Assembly: GCA_951406725.2 (NCBI GenBank)
Contig: OX597818.1
Location: 145,762,001 to 145,826,000, forward strand
Reading direction: 5' to 3'
Source: Octopus vulgaris
Taxonomy: Eukaryota
Length of the DNA stretch: 64,000 bases
The notes beneath the pieces were generated by a model. It had not been told where the DNA came from. It was given only the letters and a program-made list of their open reading frames with translations, and made no database searches. Both the position numbers and the translations under genes were made by a program. This document shows positions 25,239-38,008 of the stretch, in pieces; position 1 is the stretch's first letter; each line of letters starts with the position of its first letter.

Positions 25239-25303
25239 ATGTTCAAATTTCGCGCTTGTCACCAACCTTTGCCAGAACAAGTATTTTGCAGCGAAATGAG
25301 AAG
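25239..25303 (+). CDS. Candidate first coding exon (MFKFRACHQPLPEQVFCSEMR+AG) of a small membrane-protein gene
   Basis: In-frame TGA at 25215, ATGs at 25239 and 25296, donor AAG|gtaaaa. It ends in phase 2, matching the exon at 45240. tcagtc initiator-like motifs lie at ~25069-25078. Confidence 0.4.
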
Positions 25304-25664
25304 GTAAAAGTACGCACACCAATTGCAAGCAATTCCCTTTATATTACTGGTATTGTTACAATGCATTGAATGAACAACCTCAGGTGAAATTTCATGACAC
25401 ATTTGACATCAATGCAGAAAAAGAAAAAAGTAAAATCAATGATGATGATGATGACTGATTGATTATGATGACTGATTGATTATGATGATTGATTGATTAT
25501 GATGAGTTCTGTGTTGTTATAGAAATGGTGTGAATTTTTACATTTATTTATTTTTATAGAAAATATATTACAGAATATACAATAAGCTCCTTAATATCAT
25601 CTTTATGCATTACAATCTAAGAACCAGCAATCAAGGGAGTCTTTTCCAGCTATCCAACTAAAAT

Positions 25665-25832
25665 CCACAAGGCCTGAAATTTGAGGGAGAGAACTAGTCA
25701 ATTACATCGACCCCAACGTTCAACTGATACTTACTTTATCGACCTCAAAAGTTGACCTCGATAGAATTTGAACTCAGAATGTAAAGATGGACAAAGTGCC
25801 ACTAAGCATTTTGCCCAGCATGCTAACCACTT
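25665..25832 (-). mobile_element. Nin/Deu-type SINE, CpG-decayed
   Basis: Family motifs with CG->TG/CA changes. Confidence 0.75.
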
Positions 25833-25851
25833 TAATAATAATAATAATAAC

Positions 25852-25905
<54 letters not shown>

Positions 25906-25914
25906 TATAATAAC

Positions 25915-25973
<59 letters not shown>

Positions 25974-27395
25974 GACACAACACACACAAATGAAAGAGAA
26001 AATAAAAAAGAATATTATAGACGAGTTAGATCAATACTAAAAACAGAGCTCAATGCTAAAAACAAGATAATAGGTATCAACACTTTAGCTGTCCCAGTTA
26101 TAAGTTACAGCTACAATATCCTTAACTGGACACGAAATGAACTGTCCAAAATAGATAGGATAACAAGAAAAATACTGACAGGATCTAGGATGCATCACCC
26201 AAAATCTGACATAGAAAGACTATATATACAACGTATAGAAGGTGGTAGAGGCCTTATACAGCTGGAAAACTACTATAAAATAACCACCATAGGACTGCAA
26301 AAATACCTACTTCAGAAGGAAGGAAAACTGATCCAGATAGCAGCAAAACACGAGCAAAACAAAAAACTGTTCTCAGTATTTAAGGAAGCTGACAAATACA
26401 AACAAGAAATCATACCACCTAATAAACACAAAGAAGAAGAAGAAGAAGAAGATGATGAAGAAACAACAAAAGCTATAAAACAAATGAAATCCAAACTAAA
26501 AATAGAACAGTAACGAGCCATGATAAAACGATGGCAAGAAAAGCCCCTTCATGGTAAATACTGGACTAAACTAAACGCAAAAGAAATAGACAAAGAAAAA
26601 TCCCAGCAATGGTTGAGAAGCTCAGGACTCAAAGCAGAAACAGAGGGATTTTTAATTGCAGCACAAGACCAAAGCCTCCCCACCAGAAATTACCAAAAAC
26701 ATGTAATGAAAAGAAATATTACAAGTAACTGCAGAATATGTGGAGATGGACAAGAAACAATAAATCATATTATCTCTAGCTGCCCAGTCCTGGCTAAGAA
26801 GGAATATATTCACTGACATGACAGAGTTGGAACCTACATACATTGGAAGCTATGCCAACATTATGGAATAACAACAGAAAAAAGATGGTATAGGCACACA
26901 CCAGAAAAGGTCACAGAAAACGAGAAAGCAACCATACTCTGGGATATGCCGATACACACAGATAGAGAAATTAAGGCCAACAGACCAGATATAGTTGTCA
27001 GAGATCATGAAGAAAAAAATGCTTTCTAATTGATGTATCAATACCGGCAGATGACAACGTGTCTCTAAAAGAAATGGAGAAACTCTCAAAATACAAAGAC
27101 CTGGAAATAGAGATAACTAGAATGTGGAACCTGAAAACAGAAACAATTCCTATCATAGTAGGTGCATTAGGCATGATAAAAAAATATTCAGACAAATACA
27201 TAACAAAAACACCAGGACTTACAAACACATATAACATACAGAAAATTGCACTACTAGGCACTGCACACATCCTACGCAGAACACTTTCCATACAATAACC
27301 ATCAGAGCATCACAACAAATCACAGCACATACCCAAGGCACACAGAGCTGCGCTCGGTAGTGAAGTGAAAGCACGCTATAAAAATAAAACTACTG
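25974..27395 (+). mobile_element. 5'-truncated R4/Dong non-LTR retrotransposon (post-RT region, CCHC knuckle, RLE endonuclease, 3' UTR)
   Basis: MHHPKSDIERLYIQRIEGGRGL; WQEKPLHG; AAQDQSLPTRNY; CRICGDGQETINHIISSC; ANRPDIV. (TAA)n flanks both sides, and there are a few stops and frameshifts. Confidence 0.95.
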
Positions 27396-27414
27396 AATAA
27401 TAATAATAATAATG

Positions 27415-27475
<61 letters not shown>

Positions 27476-27483
27476 TAATAATA

Positions 27484-27514
<31 letters not shown>

Positions 27515-27524
27515 TAATAATAAT

Positions 27525-27628
27525 ATGGTTTAATGGCCTACCAATGTATATTATGAGTTTCTTTGCCCTAGGAGTCGGGAAGACACTCGGCAAGAAATGG
27601 AAGCAAATTTGAAAGAAGAAAAAATAAA

Positions 27629-27630
<2 letters not shown>
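27525..27630 (+). mobile_element. R4/Dong 3' UTR tail
   Basis: Near-identical to 15532-15632 and embedded in (TAA)n. Confidence 0.85.
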
Positions 27631-27688
<58 letters not shown>

Positions 27689-27689
27689 G

Positions 27690-27925
27690 TTAAGAAGGAA
27701 AGTGAAAAACTAGACTTCTTAAGTATGAGACAGCCTGGCTATGGAAAATGAAAAAGGGGGAGATAATGCCAATTACTGTTGGATACTTGAGACGGTATCA
27801 AAACACATCAAGAGGAATATAAAGGAAATCAGAATAGCATGCTCAATAGAGTTATTACAAAAGTGTTGCCTCATTGACATGGCCAAAATGAAAGTATTGG
27901 ACAGTTGAAAAGAACAGATGCTATG
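27690..27925 (+). mobile_element. Old R4/Dong 3' fragment from another subfamily
   Basis: LKYETAWLWKMKKGEIMPITVG ... IACSIELLQKCCL...KVLDS*. Confidence 0.75.
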
Positions 27926-28052
27926 GCAGAATTTACATTGATGTAAAAGAATGTAATCAGGTGTGAACTGAATACCTTGAAGTAGTTTAGCTTAAGATGG
28001 CAAATATTCCATCGTTAATATCTTTATTTTTTTATCTTTTACTTGATTCAGA

Positions 28053-30106
28053 TAGCAAGCCCACTATGCATACAAGGCTCCAGGTACGCTACAGGTAGCA
28101 AGCCCACTATGCATCCAAGGCTCCAGGTATGCTACAGGTAGCAAGCCCACTATGCATCCAAGGCTCCAGGTACGCTACAGGTAGTAAGCATACTATGCAT
28201 CCAAGGCTCCAGGTACGCTACAGGTAGCAAGCCCACTATGCATACAAGACTCCAGGTACGCTACAGGTAGCAAGCCCACTATGCATCCAAGGCTCCAGGT
28301 ATGCTACAGGTAGCAAGCCCACTATGCATCCAAGGCTCCAGGTACGCTACAGGTAGCAAGTCCACTATGCATACAAGACTCCAGGTATGCTACAGGTAGC
28401 AAGCCCACTGTGCATACAAGGCTCCAGGTACGCTACAGGTAGCAAGACCACTATGCATACAAGACTCCAGGTACGCTACAGGTAGCAAGTCCACTATGCA
28501 TACAAGACTCCAGGTATGCTACAGGTAGCAAGCCCACTATGCATACAAGACTCCAGGTATGCTACAGGTAGCAAGCCCACTATGCATACAAGACTCCAGG
28601 TATGCTACAGGTAGCAAGCCCACTATGCATAAAAGACTCCAGGTATGCTACAGGTAGCAAGCCCACTATGCATACAAGACTCCAGGTATGCTACAGGTAG
28701 CAAGCCCACTATGCATACAAGACTCCAGGTATGCTACAGGTAGCAAGCCCACTATGCATCCAAGGCTCCAGGTACGCTACAGGTAGCAAGCCCACTATAC
28801 ATACAAAACTCCAGGTATGCTACAGGTAGCAAGCCCACTATGCATACAAGACTCCAGGTACGCTACAGGTAGCAAGCCCACTATGCATACAAGACTCCAG
28901 GTACGCTACAGGTAGCAAGCCCACTATGCATACAAGACTCCAGGTACGCTACAGGTAGCAAGCCCACTATGCATACAAGACTCCAGGTATGCTACAGGTA
29001 GCAAGCCCACTATGCATACAAGACTCCAGGTATGCTACAGGTAGCAAGCCCACTATGCATACAAGACTCCAGGTATGCTACAGGTAGCAAGCCCACTATG
29101 CATACAAGACTCCAGGTATGCTACAGGTAGCAAGCCCACTATGCATCCAAGGCTCCAGGTACGCTACAGGTAGCAAGCCCACTATGCATACAAGACTCCA
29201 GGTACGCTACAGGTAGCAAGCCCACTATGCATACAAGACTCCAGGTATGCTACAGGTAGCAAGCCCACTATGCATACAAGGCTCCAGGTATGCTACAGGT
29301 AGCAAGCCCACTATGCATACAAGACTCCAGGTATGCTACAGGTAGCAAGCCCACTATGCATACAAGACTCCAGGTATGCTACAGGTAGCAAGCCCACTAT
29401 GCATACAAGACTCCAGGTACGTTACAGGTAGCAAGCCCACTATGCATCCAAGGCTCCAGGTATGCTACAGGTAGCAAGCCCACTGTGCATCCAAGGCTCC
29501 AGGTATGCTACAGGTAGCAAGCCCACTATGCATACAAGACTCCAGGTATGCTACAGGTAGCAAGTCCACTATGCATACAAGACTCCAGGTACGCTACAGG
29601 TAGCAAGCCCACTATGCATACAAGACTCCAGGTACGCTACAGGTAGCAAGCCCACTATGCATACAAGACTCCAGGTACGCTACAGGTAGCAAGCCCACTA
29701 TGCATACAAGACTCCAGGTATGCTACAGGTAGCAAGTCCACTATGCATACAAGACTCCAGGTATGCTACAGGTAGCAAGCCCACTATGCATCCAAGACTC
29801 CAGGTATGCTACAGGTAGCAAGCCCACTATACATACAAGACTCCAGGTATGCTACAGGTAGCAAGTCTACTATTCATCCAAGGCTCCAGGTACGCTACAG
29901 GTAGCAAGCCCACTATGCATACATGACTCCAGGTATGCTACAGGTAGCAAGTCTACTATGCATCCAAGGCTCCAGGTACGCTACAGGTAGCAAGCCCACT
30001 ATGCATCCAAGACTCCAGGTATGCTACAGGTAGCAAGTCTACTATGCATCCAAGGCTCCAGGTACGCTACAGGTAGCAAGCCCACTATGCATACAAGACT
30101 CCAGGT
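28053..30106. repeat. 43-bp minisatellite, ~48 copies; consensus TAGCAAGCCCACTATGCATACAAGACTCCAGGTATGCTACAGG
   Basis: Head-to-tail copies with no spacers and only a few recurrent variant positions. Confidence 0.98.
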
Positions 30107-31074
30107 GTTCCAATGAAACCTGAGTTAAAATGAATCATAATAATGATAACAGCAATAATAATAAGCGATGCAGCCACTACTGCAGCTATATTTCTCAAGT
30201 GAATATGACTTGATAGTATGTACCATACAATCATTAACTGATTTTAGATACCCACATAAGTGTCATCAGATACAGACACCCCCTGGGACCTCTCATCCGT
30301 GATGCAGTAAAACCTCAAAGATATGATAGCTGCAGTGAAGAGATGCTTTACTAGCATTTTGATTGGTACATTTTTTATGAAATCTGAAAAGATGAAAAGC
30401 AATGTGGACCATAGTAGAGGTTGAACTCAGAGAACAGAACTGGAACAAATATCATAATCCATTCTATCCGACACTCTAATGTCTATTCCAATTGGCTACC
30501 TGCCCCCACGTACACACACATGCATGCATTCATATACATGACAGTCTCTGCTAGTCAATGTTAACCATGCATCAGTACATATATGCAAAGGCTGGACAAG
30601 ATTTATATTTGTGGAAAACTGTCAGTTGCTTATGCATGTAAATCTTACCTCTCCACGCTATAGAGGATGACTCAGCCTAGCACCAGTGTTGTCACAGACA
30701 TTGCTGTCAGAATGCAAAAAGCCAGAACAGATGCTACAAAGCAACTTATCTGACTTGCCAACAGTTTTAACGGTCTATTTCTTGGGGTTTGTATGCTATT
30801 ATTATTTATCCTGAAAGGTTGAAAACCAAAACTGACCTGAGTGAGATTTGAACCCAGAGCATGGGAAACAGAAACATACTGCAAGGCCTCTTATCCAACA
30901 CTCCAACACTCTAAAAGCTTTTCCAGTTTGCCACCTTACACACACACACACACATATATTTTCTTGCATGTATATAATCTATACAAATAATATATCCATC
31001 CATCCCTTACATATGTAACATGCATCTCACTCTCCTTCTCTCTCTCTCTCTCTATGTATATATATATATATATA

Positions 31075-31202
<128 letters not shown>

Positions 31203-31444
31203 CAGCAGTAAAATATTCAAAAGTGAACATTTATAAGATATTAATATTTCTATTATTATCGAAGGCAATATAAATAGTTGATATTAACAGAAACATTAAT
31301 ACAGGTGGTTGCAGGCCTAAAAATAGCATTATATAGCTAAAGAATTAAAATTATATTAATCATAAGGACACATTACAGTGTCTACCCACTCGAAATAAGA
31401 GTCAAAACTCTTATTTGAACCACCAGTGATCCATAGATATATAT

Positions 31445-31640
31445 ATATAGATCGCTAGCCACTACACATTCTCTATTTTCTCTCCTTGTTTTTTCCCTGT
31501 TCCTTTCTATGGAAGAGAGTACGCTTGAAATGTTAAAGACTTTTTCACTTTCTGAGCATTATACTAATACATCTGTTTGTTGTCTACACCACCTGTCTTC
31601 GTCTTTTGTTTTTTGTTTTTTTGTGAATTCTCCCTATATA
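31445..31640 (+). repeat. Microsatellite-associated repeat, probably a Penelope pLTR-type remnant
   Basis: Degenerate hammerhead-like ctatggaagagagtacgcttgaaatgtta, flanked by (TA)n. Confidence 0.45.
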
Positions 31641-31867
31641 TTTATATATATATATATTTACACACACAAACACACACATACATGCATATACACACATACA
31701 CACCGAAGTCCTTTCAAACATTTACCGCCTGAACTTGCAACATTCACCTACACATGCATATATATATATTGGCAATTAGACATGCATACAAACCAAATTC
31801 TGCTTCAAAATGGATTTCGCTAGATTTCAGGGATATCCTGAGAAATGCTGAACGGATGACATTACTC

Positions 31868-34450
31868 TTAGATAAACTTAGATAAACTTAGATATGTTTC
31901 GACCAACGATTGGTCCAGGCCATGTCTAACTTAATAGCACCACCTGATAGGATTATTCGAATCCTGTTTAAGTCAAGTTTTGTTTAAGTCAAGTTTTGTT
32001 CAAGTAGTGAGTTCTTGTTGGGTGAGTTGTATCCAGTTTTGTTCAAGTAGTGAGTTCTTGTTGGGTGAGTTGTATCCAATTATGGGTAGCTTATCTGGTA
32101 TTCTTTGAAGGAATCTATCCAGACTCTGTTTAAAGTTGATGGGATCCTTTTCCTCTTTGATCTCCTTCGGGACAATGTTAAATAGGGCAGGGCCTGTTGA
32201 GGAAAAGAAATTATGTTGCAGTGTACATGTATGTTGTGATCTTGAATTTGGCAGGGGACGTATAGCCCGTGGTCCAAGTCTTGGATGAACCTTGAAGCTA
32301 ATGTTTAGGTCGTTTGGGCAAAGTTGGCGGTATATTTTCCACATCGTACAAATGATGTACCGCTCACGGCAACGCTGGAGGGAGTAAAGTTTCAAGGCTT
32401 TAAGGCGATCCCAATAATCGAGAGCAGCCATGCCTTCAATTTGTTTAGTGAGAGCCCTCTGGGGTGACTCAATTCTGGAGATGTTTTGTCTTGTGTGAGG
32501 AGACCACAGTGGGCAGCAGTATTCAAGGTGTGGCCGTACAAAGGAGGAAAAAAGTGGTATGATGACACCTTGTTCTCTGGACGGGAAAGTTCTTAAGATC
32601 CAGGAACTCATCCTACGAGCTATATCGACCTTCTTGTTGATGTGTGCACTCCAACTGAGATCGTCATCAACAATTACACCCAGGTCTCTGATATTGTTAG
32701 AGGCTGTGAGCGGTTCCCCTGAAGGAAGAGAGTATGGTTGTTTTAGTGAGGAATTTCTTCCAAAATGCATCAGCTCAAATTTTCCCTCATTCAGTTGCAT
32801 TTTGTTTCTGTCTGCCCATTGACACACAGCATATAGATCAGACTGGAGTTGAGTTCGGTCTGCTTCTTCATTGACGATTTGCTGGAGCTTAGTGTCATCA
32901 GCGAATATTTTCACTTTGCAGAAATGTACGACACTGGAAAGGTCGTTTACGTAAATTATGAAGAGTAGCGGACCCAAAACAGTTCCCTGGGGAACACCGC
33001 TGGTGACTTTTGCTGGGTTTGAGTGGACTCCATCAACTACAACATGTTGTGTTCTATTCGCCAGGAAATACTTAATCCAGTGTAGAACTTTTCCACGGAT
33101 TCCAACATTTGCCAATTTTGAGAGTAGGATGTTATGGTCTACCCTGTCGAACGCTTTACTGAAGTCAAGATATATGACGTCAGAGTTCGAACCTGTTCCC
33201 AAGGCTTTGAGTACATCTTTAATGTGGTGTAAGAGCTGCGTTAGACAGTCCCTGCCACAGCGAAAGCCATGCTGATTTGAATTTAGGAGTTTGTGGGTCT
33301 CCAGGAAGTCAGCTATCCTTGATCTTAACACTCTTTCAAACACTTTAATGATGTGGGAGGTGAGTGAGATTGGGCGATAGTTGACTGCGAGGGATCTGTT
33401 TCCCTGTTTGAAAACCGGGATGACCGACTGGGATAGAAACTGTTTCGGTATATAACCTGCGTCTAACGAATTTCTCCAGAGGTTGGTCAGAGGGTCTGCA
33501 AGTTGATATCTACATTCCTTCAGGAGACTAGCGGGAAATCTATCAGGGCCTACAGCAGAGTAATGTTTGACCTCATCTATTGCTGCTACGATGTCGGTGG
33601 CAGTGAAGGTTATGTCTGAGATTTTGTGTTGGGAGTCAACTTCGTTCGCTTCTCTTACGTCAATAAAAGTGGGAACACTAAAGACAGAGCAGTATTGTTT
33701 CTGCAGTATTTCGTGTTGGGGAATGCCGTTATCATCAATCAATGGCCCAATGGGTGAGACAGTGGTTCTATGCTTATTTGCATAATAATAGAACACTTTT
33801 GGGTTCTGTTTGATGTTTTTGATTACTCATTGTTCCTCCACAGCTCTTTGATTTTCAATGGAGGTTTTCATGTTAGTCTGCAGATGAAGTTTTTCCAGCT
33901 CTAGTCTTTTCATTGTTGTTGAATGTGGATGTTGTGTGTGGGAATATTTTAATTGGTTGATTTTTTTGTTGAGTCTTTTGATGCGCCTGATGAGTGTTTT
34001 TTTCTTTTTAGGGAGCCGGTTTCTGTTTGTGTTAGTAGATTTCTTGGGAGCATGTTTAGAGCATGTATAGGTGACAATGTTTTCAAAGTGCTGCCACGCG
34101 GTCTCAATATGAGGGGAATTGAGAGTAAAAGACCAGTCGATGGAAGACAGATCCTTTCTGATTGTTCCCCAGTCCGCTTTGTGGAAGTTTATGTTGTCAA
34201 ATGGGTGCCATGGAGTGGGATTGGCTGGTTTGGTTTTTATATGTCGGGAATTAAGATTGCAGAGTACCATGTCGTGGTCTGAGAGGAGAGTTTTTCGACT
34301 GAAATGCTGTGAACGTAGCTAGAGTGATTGGTCAATACCAGATCCAAGATCGTTTTATTCTGTCTCGTTGGTTCAAGCACTAGCTGAGTGAGGAAATACT
34401 CATCCATCAGATTAAAGAGCAGTTCTGCTGCTGCTCTATCTGATGTAGAG
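31868..34450 (-). mobile_element. 5'-truncated CR1-clade LINE (APE C-terminus, RT, 3' UTR, tandem-repeat tail)
   Basis: EPTRQNKTILDLVLTN and SDH (APE end), followed by the RT ORF. The tail is made of gataaactta repeats at 31868-31894. Confidence 0.95.
32000..33796 (-). CDS. LINE reverse transcriptase (CR1 clade), 598-aa uninterrupted frame
   Basis: NYRPISLTS, QHGFR, YLDFSKAFDRV, GVPQGTVLGPLLF, FADD, DLGV, YCCPLWSPH motifs. Frameshifts upstream indicate a probably dead copy. Confidence 0.93.
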   Translation of the reverse strand: MFYYYANKHRTTVSPIGPLIDDNGIPQHEILQKQYCSVFSVPTFIDVREANEVDSQHKISDITFTATDIVAAIDEVKHYSAVGPDRFPASLLKECRYQLADPLTNLWRNSLDAGYIPKQFLSQSVIPVFKQGNRSLAVNYRPISLTSHIIKVFERVLRSRIADFLETHKLLNSNQHGFRCGRDCLTQLLHHIKDVLKALGTGSNSDVIYLDFSKAFDRVDHNILLSKLANVGIRGKVLHWIKYFLANRTQHVVVDGVHSNPAKVTSGVPQGTVLGPLLFIIYVNDLSSVVHFCKVKIFADDTKLQQIVNEEADRTQLQSDLYAVCQWADRNKMQLNEGKFELMHFGRNSSLKQPYSLPSGEPLTASNNIRDLGVIVDDDLSWSAHINKKVDIARRMSSWILRTFPSREQGVIIPLFSSFVRPHLEYCCPLWSPHTRQNISRIESPQRALTKQIEGMAALDYWDRLKALKLYSLQRCRERYIICTMWKIYRQLCPNDLNISFKVHPRLGPRAIRPLPNSRSQHTCTLQHNFFSSTGPALFNIVPKEIKEEKDPINFKQSLDRFLQRIPDKLPIIGYNSPNKNSLLEQNWIQLTQQELTT

Positions 34451-35761
34451 CACTTGCCTAACTTCAGAGTATGGAAACTCTGATCTGGAAGAAAGAGTGA
34501 TCTGGATACTCTGATCTGGAAACTCTCAGAACAAGCATTGGGCAGACAGAAGACCAGAAAGGGAATGGAAATGGTCAACATCACCAACTGAATGGTATCT
34601 AGCTATCATGCTCGAAAATATAGATGGACAATTTCACAATATTAATGGTTGGTGCTTAGCCTCGGGTCATCCATGACTGAGCACATTCATGATCAAAGAG
34701 CTTCTTACCATGGCTATTCTGCCTTATTTTTTAAGGGTTATGATGAACTACTGACCCTCACTTTAAAACTACAAAGTGCAGGCAGGAAGGAAAACCCTGC
34801 AATGTCAAGGATAAAATCACATAGCCACTTTGGGTCTTGCCACTCTTCCTCGTAATCTTCAGGCACAAAGAAACTGGCATAATCATACCCATTAAGCCCT
34901 TTCCGTTCCTAAAATATCTGGGTATAATTTAACTACTATAAAAATAGTAACTGGGGTGGATGGGGATCAGCTACGAAGCGGTTCTTGTTCTGGTGTAACT
35001 GGTTGATGCAGCCACCAAAACATGACAGACTGTGCAAAAGTAGGTCAGCTCATATTTTATTGCAATAAAAGCACAGAAATAAAATCCTTGATATACACAT
35101 ATTAGCGTATATATTATATAACATACATAAACGCATTAGGTCTGTGTATGTAATACATATACTATGTACATATGTTTGTGATCTATGCATGTCACACACA
35201 CACACACACACATCACATCACATCACATACATATTCAAATATTATGGTCCACTCAGTCTGAACTTGAACTAGCAAACATGAAGAAAATATATATACATAC
35301 AAAAGGGAGGAAGAGAAGTGATAAAGTATAGAGGGGATTTAGGGAGTTTAAACCAATTTATAAAAATCAAAATGACAAAATGTATGTCTCTAAAGAGAAG
35401 AAGTTCAATGAATAATACAACCAAGTAATTTTTGAGATTGATATTTCAGGAAAATGCTTTTACATTTTCAAAAGCTTTTAAAGATTTAGTAACTTACAAT
35501 CATTTTCAAAATGCTTACATTACTTTTTGATGTCTGATTCTATAGTATGTTTAGAATTAAATTTTATTTTCAATACACACACATATACCACTGTATGTAT
35601 ATGCTTAAAAGACTTTGAAGGCAGTAAAATATTTCCAAAATTTTTAATATAATGATACTTTTTTTTACTTATTTAGTGGTTTCAGTCCTTGGCCCGCAGC
35701 CATGCTGGAGCACCACCTTGAAGTTTTTGATGAATTTTATTAGGCTCACTACTATGATACT

Positions 35762-36058
35762 TGTGGAGGCGCAATGACTCAGTGGTTAGGGCAGCAGACT
35801 TGCAGTCAGAGGATCGTGGTTTCGATTTCCAGACTGGGCATTGTGTGAAAACACCTAAAAGCTCCACGAAGCTCTGGCAGCGGGTGGTGATGACCCCTGT
35901 TGTACTCTTTCTCCACAACTTTCTCTCACTCTTTCTTCCTGTTTCTTAGGTAATGCTGCGATGGACTGGCGTCCCATCCAGCTGGTGAGGAACACATATG
36001 CCACAGAACCGGGAAACTGGGCCCATGAGCCTGGCTAGGTTTGAAAAGGGTGACGTTT
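35762..36058 (+). mobile_element. tRNA-derived SINE with a V-domain-like segment
   Basis: A- and B-box head, then ctgcgatggactggcgtcccatccag, which resembles the V-SINE conserved domain. Confidence 0.75.
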
Positions 36059-36211
36059 ATCATTTTACTACAATACTTATAATGTCAACCTATAAGGAGG
36101 AGATTGAAGCAGAGTTTACATTGATGTAAAAGAATGTAATCAGGAGTGAACTGAATACCATGAAGTAGTTTTGCTTGACATGGCAAATATTCCATTGCTG
36201 ATATCTTCTAT

Positions 36212-36615
36212 TTTTTATCTTTTATTTGCTTCAGTCATTTGACTGTGGCCATGTTGGGGCACCACCTTGAAGGGTTTTAGTCAAACAAATCAGCACCGGA
36301 ACTTAACTTTTTTAAGCCTAGTACTTACTTTATTGCGTTTTTATGCCAAATTGGTAAATTACAGTGATGTAAACACATCAACTCCGACTGTCAAGCAGTA
36401 GTGGAGGACAAACACAGGCACACATAGATATATATATACATATATACACATATGACAAGCTTCTTTCAGTTTCCTTTTATCATATCCACTCACAAGACTT
36501 TGGTCAGCCTAAGGTTATAGTAGAAGACACTTGCTCAAGGTGCTACACACTGGGACTGAACCTGAAACCATGTGGTTAGGAAACACGTCTCTTACCACAC
36601 AGCCACACCTGTACC
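36212..36615 (-). mobile_element. Full-length CORE-type SINE, CpG-decayed
   Basis: Colinear with 22228-22660. Confidence 0.88.
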
Positions 36616-37794
36616 TTTACACAGATAATTCTTAATTTCTGAACTATACTTCAATACTTCAATAGCAAAGGTTAATAAATTGGTTTTGTTTTACATTTTA
36701 TGATATGAGTAATTCATTGTATTTTTATCCAATGGTTTTCTCGTCAGGAAAAAAGTTATTGTCTCTGTTGTTTGCTATTTCTCAAACTGTAAATCATAAA
36801 TACCTTATATGTGGAATGTAATAATGGTGGTGCCCCAGCATGGCCACAGCTCGTGAGCTGAAACTAGATGAAATAAGAAAAATTTTTTTAATCTGTGGAT
36901 TCCACCTTGTTGCTTGACCATAGACTTATGATCAGGACTAATCTAAGGCTAGTCATTTGTCGGTTTCACTATGAATATAAAGTAATAGATTTTCTACAAC
37001 AACTTTTATTTGCTAGTGAGAATTAATGTAACAGTTATCTATTATAAATTGCATTAAGCTTTCAAATTGTGCAGTTGAAGCAGCTCTATCATGAAAACAT
37101 TATCAATACCACCTACTTGATGTATGTGTATTGTTTAAATGCCAGAGGCTGTGGTTTTCAGTCAGGGAAAAATCCCTTTAAAGACATGTAGCTTTGTTTT
37201 ATTGTTTTCCTCTTTGCTATTCAACTACATATCATGATCAGAGGCTGTTTTAAGAGGATTTAAGGTTTTAATGATGTTGATGATTTCTTACTCAAGTCAG
37301 ACTTTATAGGTGAGGCATTGTAAGCAATTTAATCAAACCTTGTATGCTATAAGTCTTATTTAATAAAGACTGGAAGGGTAGGATTATCAGTGCTTGTAAA
37401 GTAATGTAATACAAAGACACATCACTTGTAATGAAGATCACTATAATATAATTGTGGAGACTATTGTTAGGGTATTTTAACATTAAAAGGAAGGAGCATA
37501 ATTTAAAATGGTAAATGCTTCAGAGTACAAGATACACTCTCAGCAAACCAAACCAATGAGCCAGTTTTAATTCCTCATTTTTGACACACTTTCAGTGCTA
37601 ATGTAATTGAGAAAAGAATGTACATCAGACATTCCCATTTGCTATTTTCTATGATTTCAAGATTTTGTACCTAATATTTTAATATTGCATCAGAAATTTA
37701 TAATGAGCAAGTAAATGTTCCATAGTTTAACTTCACTATTTGGAGTTAGCTTAGAGAAAACGAATACCCTGCTTAACTGAACATAGGAATAAAT

Positions 37795-38008
37795 ATTGGT
37801 TTAAAATTTTGGCACAAGGCCATCAAGTTTAGAGAGAAGAGAAGTCATTCACATCGACCCCAGAACTCAACTGATTCTTATTTTATCAATCCCTAAACAA
37901 TGAAAGGCAATGTCAACCTCAGCAGAATTTGAACTCAGAATGTAGACTGACAAAATGCCACTAAGTATTTTGTCCAGTGTGCTAATGATTCTGCCAGCTT
38001 GCCACCAT
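37795..38008 (-). mobile_element. Nin/Deu-type SINE with TSD gaataaatatt
   Basis: Family motifs, with the direct repeat on both flanks. Confidence 0.8.

Noticed and set aside
28053-30106. CRISPR array
   Set aside because: The units are contiguous with no unique spacers, there are no cas genes, and the context is eukaryotic. It is a minisatellite.
31375-31436. Hammerhead around the hairpin aaataagagt-caaa-actcttattt
   Set aside because: The hairpin is real, but neither CUGANGA nor GAAA is intact on either strand.
35762-35840. tRNA gene (also the head at 5000-5077)
   Set aside because: It has tRNA-like A and B boxes but continues into a SINE body, with no convincing cloverleaf or terminator.
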